From: an uncultured Phycisphaeraceae bacterium
Lineage (GTDB): Bacteria; Planctomycetota; Phycisphaerae; Phycisphaerales; UBA1924
Direction of reading: 5' to 3'
NCBI GenBank assembly: GCA_964495635.1
Contig: CAZBXF010000003.1
Coordinates: 1 to 55,911 of the forward strand
DNA: 55,911 nt
The translations under genes and the position numbers were made by a program. Of the stretch, positions 51,046-55,911 are shown one piece after another; within the stretch, counting starts at the first letter, position 1, and every line of letters begins with the position of its first letter. Below the pieces are notes generated by a model. The model searched no databases, was not told where the DNA came from, and saw nothing but the letters and a program-made list of their open reading frames with translations.

Positions 51046-51758
51046 GAGCGTGCCTCCGGCGTTGCGGTCGCTGCCCCTGTCGCTGCTCCTGTCACGGCAG
51101 TCGCCACACGCGGCGTTGCGACCATCCCATCCAGCACCGCGTCCAGCAGCAGGTGCGCCGAGCGTTGCGGCGCGCGGAAGTCGACCCACGGATCGTGCCC
51201 GTGCGTGATGAAGAGCGACACGATGCCATGGGCCGAGGCCCAGCACATCTGCGTCACGACGCCGACATCGGTGTAGGGCTCCTTGAAGCGACCCTGCTCG
51301 ATACACGCCGCGACGCCATGACGCAGGAACGCGTACGCATCCTCGTCCGGGTTGCCGTGCTTGATGGCCTTTTTCTCCCCCGCGATGATCATCTCCGCCT
51401 CGACCGTGGAGGGCCAGGGCGTCATGAACATGAACCGGTAGTGGTGCGGATGCGCGAGCGCGAAGTCGACGTACGCGCCGCCGATGGCGCGCACCCGCTC
51501 CACGGGATCCTCGATCGCGTCGGCCGTCCGCATCGCCTCGCGCAGGAGGCCGAAGTCCTGATCGCACAGCGCCGACATCAACGCGTGCTTGTCCTCAAAG
51601 TGCACGTACAGGGCCGCAGGCGTGTACTCGATCGCCTCGGCGATCCGGCGGAGCGTGACCTTCTCGAACCCCTCGCGCACGAAGAGGTCACGAGCCGCGG
51701 CGAGGATCCGCTCGCGCGTTGCATTCCGCTCACGTGCTCGGCGTTCCTGAGATCCCAT
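51042..51758 (-). CDS. TetR/AcrR family transcriptional regulator
   Basis: The ATG at 51758 gives MGSQERRARERNATRERILAAARDLFVREGFEKVTLRRIAEAIEYTPAALYVHFEDK, a TetR N-terminal HTH. It is the first gene of the exporter operon. Confidence 0.9.
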   Translation of the reverse strand: MGSQERRARERNATRERILAAARDLFVREGFEKVTLRRIAEAIEYTPAALYVHFEDKHALMSALCDQDFGLLREAMRTADAIEDPVERVRAIGGAYVDFALAHPHHYRFMFMTPWPSTVEAEMIIAGEKKAIKHGNPDEDAYAFLRHGVAACIEQGRFKEPYTDVGVVTQMCWASAHGIVSLFITHGHDPWVDFRAPQRSAHLLLDAVLDGMVATPRVATAVTGAATGAATATPEARS

Positions 51759-51944
51759 CGCGACGCTGGCTCCTGAGCTAGATCGCCCTGACAGATTCCG
51801 ATCAAAGAGAGCCCCAGGGGAAACATTGAACACGGTCAAGTCAGTGAACAGCGTTAGCTTACCTTCGAACAGACACTTCATCAAGCGTGTACGCTGATTC
51901 ACCGGCGAACGATTCAAGCATTCTCGCAAGATTCTGACTGGCAA

Positions 51945-52886
51945 TCACTTGCGGATCGCGGCCACGACGCGATTCAGCCCTTCGAAGTCGCGCAACACCC
52001 GAACTTCCACCAGGAGTTCGTTCGCCTCGAAGAGTTCTCGGGCCTGCTCGGCCCGGGCATCGGCGACCTCGACCAGCACCATGCCACCGGGCTTGACCAA
52101 CGCCGCGCCGTGGCTGGCGAGGGGGCGGATGAAATCGAGACCGTCGACGCCGCCACGGAGGGCACCGTGCGGCTCGTGATCCTTGACGTTGGGCTCGACG
52201 GCGCGCCACTCATCGTCGGGGATGTAGGGCGGGTTCGAGACGAGGTAATCGAGCGCGGCGTCGCCCCGTGTGGGTGGATGGTCGCGCAGCGGGGCGAGCA
52301 TGTCGCCCCGCAGGAACTCCATCCGGTCGATGACGCCGTGGCGCTGTGCGTTGAGGCGTGCCACCTCGAGCGCGTCGGAACTGATGTCGCTCGCGACGGC
52401 CCGCGCTCCGCGCAGGTTCTTGAGGATCGCCACCGAGATGCACCCCGAGCCGGTGCAGACATCGCCGATGAGCACGCCGTCGCCAGTGGCGTTGGCGCTG
52501 CCGTGCGTGGCGCGATGGTGCTGCAGCACCTCCTGCACGATCGTCTCCGTTGCCGGGCGCGGGATCAGCACGCGCCGATCAACGTGGAAGGGCAGACCGA
52601 AGAACCACCCCTCGCCCACGAGATACTGCACGGGCTCGTGCTTGAGCGCGCGAGCGACAAGATCGCGCAGCGACTCACGCTCCAGCGGGCTCGCGGGGCG
52701 GTCCGTGTCCATGTAGAGCCGCAGGCGGTCGCACCCGATCACGTGCGACAGGAGCAGTTCGCTCATGAGCCTGGGTGAGTCGAGCCCCTTCTTCGTGAAC
52801 GCCTCGCCCATCCACGCCAGCAGGCGGCGTGTCGTCCAGGTCTGGGCATGTGCGGAAGGGCTCGACATACGCAACGGTATTGCCAT
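51945..52886 (-). CDS. prmC: peptide chain release factor N(5)-glutamine methyltransferase
   Basis: SAM motif VLIGDVCTGSGCISVAIL and the catalytic LVSNPPYIPDDEW (NPPY). The ATG at 52886 or 52868 could be the start. Confidence 0.9.
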   Translation of the reverse strand: MAIPLRMSSPSAHAQTWTTRRLLAWMGEAFTKKGLDSPRLMSELLLSHVIGCDRLRLYMDTDRPASPLERESLRDLVARALKHEPVQYLVGEGWFFGLPFHVDRRVLIPRPATETIVQEVLQHHRATHGSANATGDGVLIGDVCTGSGCISVAILKNLRGARAVASDISSDALEVARLNAQRHGVIDRMEFLRGDMLAPLRDHPPTRGDAALDYLVSNPPYIPDDEWRAVEPNVKDHEPHGALRGGVDGLDFIRPLASHGAALVKPGGMVLVEVADARAEQARELFEANELLVEVRVLRDFEGLNRVVAAIRK

Positions 52887-52912
52887 GTGACAGCGAAGTC
52901 GCCATCGAATAT

Positions 52913-52952
52913 GCCATCGAAGTCGCCGCGGCTTCGCGGCGACTTCGATGGC
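52913..52952 (-). terminator. 18-bp perfect hairpin between the DUF2256 gene and prmC (terminator/attenuator candidate)
   Basis: GCCATCGAAGTCGCCGCG - GCTT - CGCGGCGACTTCGATGGC. A third partial copy of CGAAGTCGCC is at 52894..52903. It lies 19 nt after the stop at 52971, and only a weak T-run follows on the minus strand. Confidence 0.45.
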
Positions 52953-52970
52953 GTCCGGATCTGTCCCGCG

Positions 52971-53351
52971 TCACACCTTCCGCAACCGGATCGGCCCCTT
53001 CGCGGTGGAGCCATCGACCGCGCGCCCACCCTGGGTGATCTCGATGGAGCCCTTGGCCACCAGCCGCCGCGCCGCCATGCGGGCACGCTCCATCAGAGCC
53101 TCCCAATCGCCATCGTCACCCGTGACCTTCCGCGCGGCTTCGGATGGGCAGATCGTGCCACCGCCGCGGCGCGCCCCGAGCAGGTCCATGATCGCCCTCT
53201 CGAGCGCGACGTCGGTCGCGTCAAGCCGCCCCTTGCGGCAGGCCTCCGAGCAGACCTTGATGTTGTCCCAGTCACGCTCCCACTTCTTCCGCCAGACGAT
53301 GCGGCGGCCGCAGACTTCGCATGGTTTCTCTGGGAGGGGCTTGCTGGGCAT
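52971..53351 (-). CDS. DUF2256 zinc-ribbon / DUF3253 fusion protein
   Basis: The ATG at 53351 gives [39 protein letters not shown] (DUF2256 signature CxxCGR..WRKKW...W..V..CS..CR). This is followed by a roughly 80-aa winged-helix-like part ([10 protein letters not shown]...[16 protein letters not shown]). Confidence 0.7.
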   Translation of the reverse strand: MPSKPLPEKPCEVCGRRIVWRKKWERDWDNIKVCSEACRKGRLDATDVALERAIMDLLGARRGGGTICPSEAARKVTGDDGDWEALMERARMAARRLVAKGSIEITQGGRAVDGSTAKGPIRLRKV

Positions 53352-53601
53352 GTCGCCTTGGTCTTCGCCTGTCGAGCGCGTTCCGATGCTGCGGCCGCGA
53401 GACACGCAAGGAGCCAGACTCGGAGAGACTGGCCTACCCAGCGACTACTCTCTCGCGATGACCACGGCGGCAACAAGCGGCGCAGGGTGCAAACCCGGCG
53501 GCAGGAAGTCAGATGCTTCTGCCGCGCGCACGGTCTCCCTCGGCGTCCTGCCTGATAAGCCGGCGAAGCCGAAGAAGCCGCCCGGCTGGGGCGCCACCAG
53601 C

Positions 53602-55911
53602 ATGGGGCGATGGCGTGCCATCGTCCTCATCACGATCAACCTCCTGATCGCGGCCCACATCGTCCAGTGGATCATCACGGGCTTCACCGTCACGCCCGTT
53701 GAGCCCAGCGAGTCGATGTACACGCTCGAGCTCGGCCAGGTGAACGCGGGGTTCATCTTCTTCATCGCGGCGCTTGTTTCGACCTTCCTCTTCGGACGCT
53801 TCTTCTGCGGCTGGGGCTGCCATGTCGTCGCGCTGCAGGACCTGTGCGCCCACTGGATGCACAAGCTCGGCGTGCGCCCCAAGCCCTTCCGCACGCGCCT
53901 GCTCCTCTACGTGCCGCTGCTGCTGGCCCTCTACATGTTCGTGCTCCCCACGTTCAATCGCCTCGTGCTCGGTCCCGCGCTGGAGGCCGCGGGCGTGGGC
54001 TGGCCCGCGTGGCTCTCGCTGCTGGTCGGTGAGCTGCGCCCTTTTCCTGGCTTTGACAACCGCCTCATGACCGAGGACTTCTGGAAGACCTTCCCCGCGT
54101 GGTACGTCGCGATCCCGTTCCTGGCCGTCTGCGGGTTCGCCACCGTCTACTTCATGGGCAGCAAGGGATTCTGCACGTACGGCTGCCCCTATGGCGGCTT
54201 CTTCGCGCCACTGGACAAGGTCTCCATCGGCCGCATCGTCGTCAGCGATGCCTGCGAAGGGTGCGGCCACTGCACCGCGACGTGCACGAGCAACGTGCGC
54301 GTGCATCAAGAGGTCCGCGACTTCGGCATGGTCGTGGATCCGGGCTGCATGAAGTGCCTCGACTGCGTCAGCGTCTGCCCCAACGACGCCCTCTCCTTCA
54401 AGTTCGCCTCGCCCGCGATCTTCGCAAAGCCTCGCACAGAAGAAGCCAAGGCCGCGGCGAAGTCCGGTGAGGGGGCAGCATCGCGCCGCCCGGACTATGA
54501 CGTCTCGCGCGGTGCCGAGATCCTGCTCTTCATCGCGCTCGTCGCGCTCACGCTCTCCTTCCGCGGCATGTTCGGACAGGTTCCGCTGCTCATGGCCGTC
54601 TCACTCGGCGGCATCGGCGCGTTCCTCCTCTGGAAGCTCTGGCAGCTCGCCTTTGAGCCGCACGCTCGCCTCCAGAACCTCCAGCTCAAGCACGCTGGCC
54701 GGATCAAGCGCGCGGGCTGGATCACGATCCTCCTCGCCGTCCCCTTCCTCGCGATGGGCGTCTGGGGCGGCGTCGTCCGCACCATCGCCTACATGGGTGA
54801 CCTCGAAGATCAGAAGATCACGCTCACGCTCGACCGCGTCTTCGCACCCGGCTACGTCCCGTCGGAAGAGCACAAGGCCATCGCGCTGCGCGCCATCGCG
54901 CTCAAGGAACTCGCTGGCTCTCGTTTCGAAGCCAACGGCAACTCTGGCACGCGCGGCATCGGGTGGCAGCAGGGCCCCTCCACGTGGGTCCGTCTCGCAT
55001 GGCTCCGCGCCGTGGCGGGCGACCTCCCAGGCGCCGAGCGCGAGCTCCGGCGTGCCATCGATGAAGTCACACCCAGCGACGAGTGGGTCAGTGGCCTCGC
55101 CGATGTCATGCGGCTTCAGGGACGCAGCCCTGCGGCCATCCGCGAGATGTACGCATCGCTCGTCGAGAAGCACCCCAATCGCCACAGCCTCCGCACCACG
55201 CTCGCGACCATGCTCACCGAAGACGGCAAGGCCAACGAGGCTCAGGCCGCGGCGAGGCACGTGCTCGGCTTCACGGGCCGTCCGCAGCCCAAGGGCCCGG
55301 AGGTCGCCGCAGCCGCGAGCGTGCTCCTGCAGCTCGGCCTCGTCGATGAGGCCTCGCGCCACCTGGATGAGTGGATCACGCGCACCAACGACGCGCCGCT
55401 CCATCTCCTGAAGGCCCGAGTCCTGGCAAGCCAGAACAAGCCAGCGCAGGCCGTCGCGCAGGCCAAGATCATCCTGAACGAAGCCGACGCCACCGACGCG
55501 CACGCGGGCGAAGTCATCGCCGCGGCAAACCTCATCGCACAGCTCGGTGAGCCCGACGCGGCCCTCGCCGCCCTCGACAAACTCGCAGACTCACGCAAGC
55601 TCGGCTTCCACCAGATCCGCCTCGCCCGCGCCCAGATGCTCGCCCAGCTCGGCCGCGGCCCCGAAGCCATCCTCGACGCGCGCGAACTTCTCGAGACCAC
55701 GCGCCTCCCACTCCCAGAGCCCGGCGAGGTTGCGAGCGCTGCCGAACTCCTCCTCGCTCAGGACCAGACCGCCATCGCCCTCCCGCTCCTGGAGCGCTGG
55801 ACCACCCGCTGGCCACAGGCCATCTTCCCAAGGGTTGCCAAGGCCCGCGCCACCTTCTTCAGCGGTAAGCCCGACGAAGCCATCAGGCAGATGCAGGCCA
55901 CCATCGACCTC
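53602..55911 (+). CDS. membrane polyferredoxin (NapH/MauN-like, two 4Fe-4S motifs) fused to a TPR-like C-terminal region; 3' end beyond window; ORF absent from supplied track
   Basis: Hand translation of frame 1 from the ATG at 53602 is open for 770 codons to the window end. It reads MGRWRAIVLITINLLIAAHIVQW...LFGRFFCGWGCH...GFCTYGCPYGGFF...CEGCGHCTATCTSN...CMKCLDCVSVCPND, followed by TM helices and Ala/Leu-rich TPR-like repeats. In-frame ATGs at 53458, 53386 and 53350 are alternative starts. Confidence 0.8.
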   Translation, partial: MGRWRAIVLITINLLIAAHIVQWIITGFTVTPVEPSESMYTLELGQVNAGFIFFIAALVSTFLFGRFFCGWGCHVVALQDLCAHWMHKLGVRPKPFRTRLLLYVPLLLALYMFVLPTFNRLVLGPALEAAGVGWPAWLSLLVGELRPFPGFDNRLMTEDFWKTFPAWYVAIPFLAVCGFATVYFMGSKGFCTYGCPYGGFFAPLDKVSIGRIVVSDACEGCGHCTATCTSNVRVHQEVRDFGMVVDPGCMKCLDCVSVCPNDALSFKFASPAIFAKPRTEEAKAAAKSGEGAASRRPDYDVSRGAEILLFIALVALTLSFRGMFGQVPLLMAVSLGGIGAFLLWKLWQLAFEPHARLQNLQLKHAGRIKRAGWITILLAVPFLAMGVWGGVVRTIAYMGDLEDQKITLTLDRVFAPGYVPSEEHKAIALRAIALKELAGSRFEANGNSGTRGIGWQQGPSTWVRLAWLRAVAGDLPGAERELRRAIDEVTPSDEWVSGLADVMRLQGRSPAAIREMYASLVEKHPNRHSLRTTLATMLTEDGKANEAQAAARHVLGFTGRPQPKGPEVAAAASVLLQLGLVDEASRHLDEWITRTNDAPLHLLKARVLASQNKPAQAVAQAKIILNEADATDAHAGEVIAAANLIAQLGEPDAALAALDKLADSRKLGFHQIRLARAQMLAQLGRGPEAILDARELLETTRLPLPEPGEVASAAELLLAQDQTAIALPLLERWTTRWPQAIFPRVAKARATFFSGKPDEAIRQMQATIDL

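Noticed and set aside
54099-55503. Track ORFs 54099..54470 (+), 54467..55411 (+) and 54601..55503 (-)
   Set aside because: They are off-frame or antisense to the unlisted frame-1 polyferredoxin-TPR ORF (53602..55911), which has textbook 4Fe-4S motifs. The listed products are Ser/Arg/Pro-rich strings.
1-55911. tRNA, rRNA, tmRNA, RNase P and SRP RNA genes
   Set aside because: I scanned the intergenic regions for T-loop GGTTCGA-type boxes and conserved RNase P/SRP/tmRNA motifs and found none. The only long non-coding stretch (18093..18827) did not match these consensus elements by eye.

Overview
This is a 55.9-kb, gene-dense bacterial window with high GC by eye. A DUF1559/prepilin-type gene, a PEP-CTERM-like tail, Pmp-like beta-helix repeats and dockerin-type repeats suggest Planctomycetota (PVC superphylum); this is an inference, not a database result.

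Left part (1-13.7 kb): mostly housekeeping and regulatory genes. These include rnr, a NarL-type response regulator, a small GerE-type HTH protein, a flavin amine oxidase, a family-4 uracil-DNA glycosylase and an SDR epimerase.

Centre (13.7-37 kb): an island of seven minus-strand genes for signal-peptide-bearing proteins with unrelated main bodies:
- a PstS-like binding fold
- a di-haem cytochrome c peroxidase
- two PQQ-like propellers
- a PPC/Ig-like beta-sandwich protein
- a 1089-aa Pmp-like beta-helix
- a 7-bladed propeller

All seven end in the same 63-aa, Cys-bracketed, double Ca-loop (dockerin-like) module. The module is also nearly identical at the DNA level. The island also holds two paralogous uncharacterised cytoplasmic proteins, each with an AT-rich palindrome in its divergent promoter, and one PEP-CTERM-tailed protein. 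I consider this the most interesting candidate system: a surface-display or sorting module.

Right part (37-55.9 kb): a FIST sensor, an octamer-repeat hairpin, a DinB protein with a Lys/Ala-rich tail and YhhQ. It continues with an orphan PAAR protein co-transcribed with a zinc-ribbon methyltransferase, a TetR-controlled DevC/ABC/HlyD/NodT exporter operon and prmC. It ends with a polyferredoxin-TPR gene that runs off the right edge and is missing from the supplied ORF track.

I recognised no rRNA, tRNA, CRISPR array, transposase or integrase. Many long ORFs in the track are antisense or off-frame artefacts typical of high-GC DNA.
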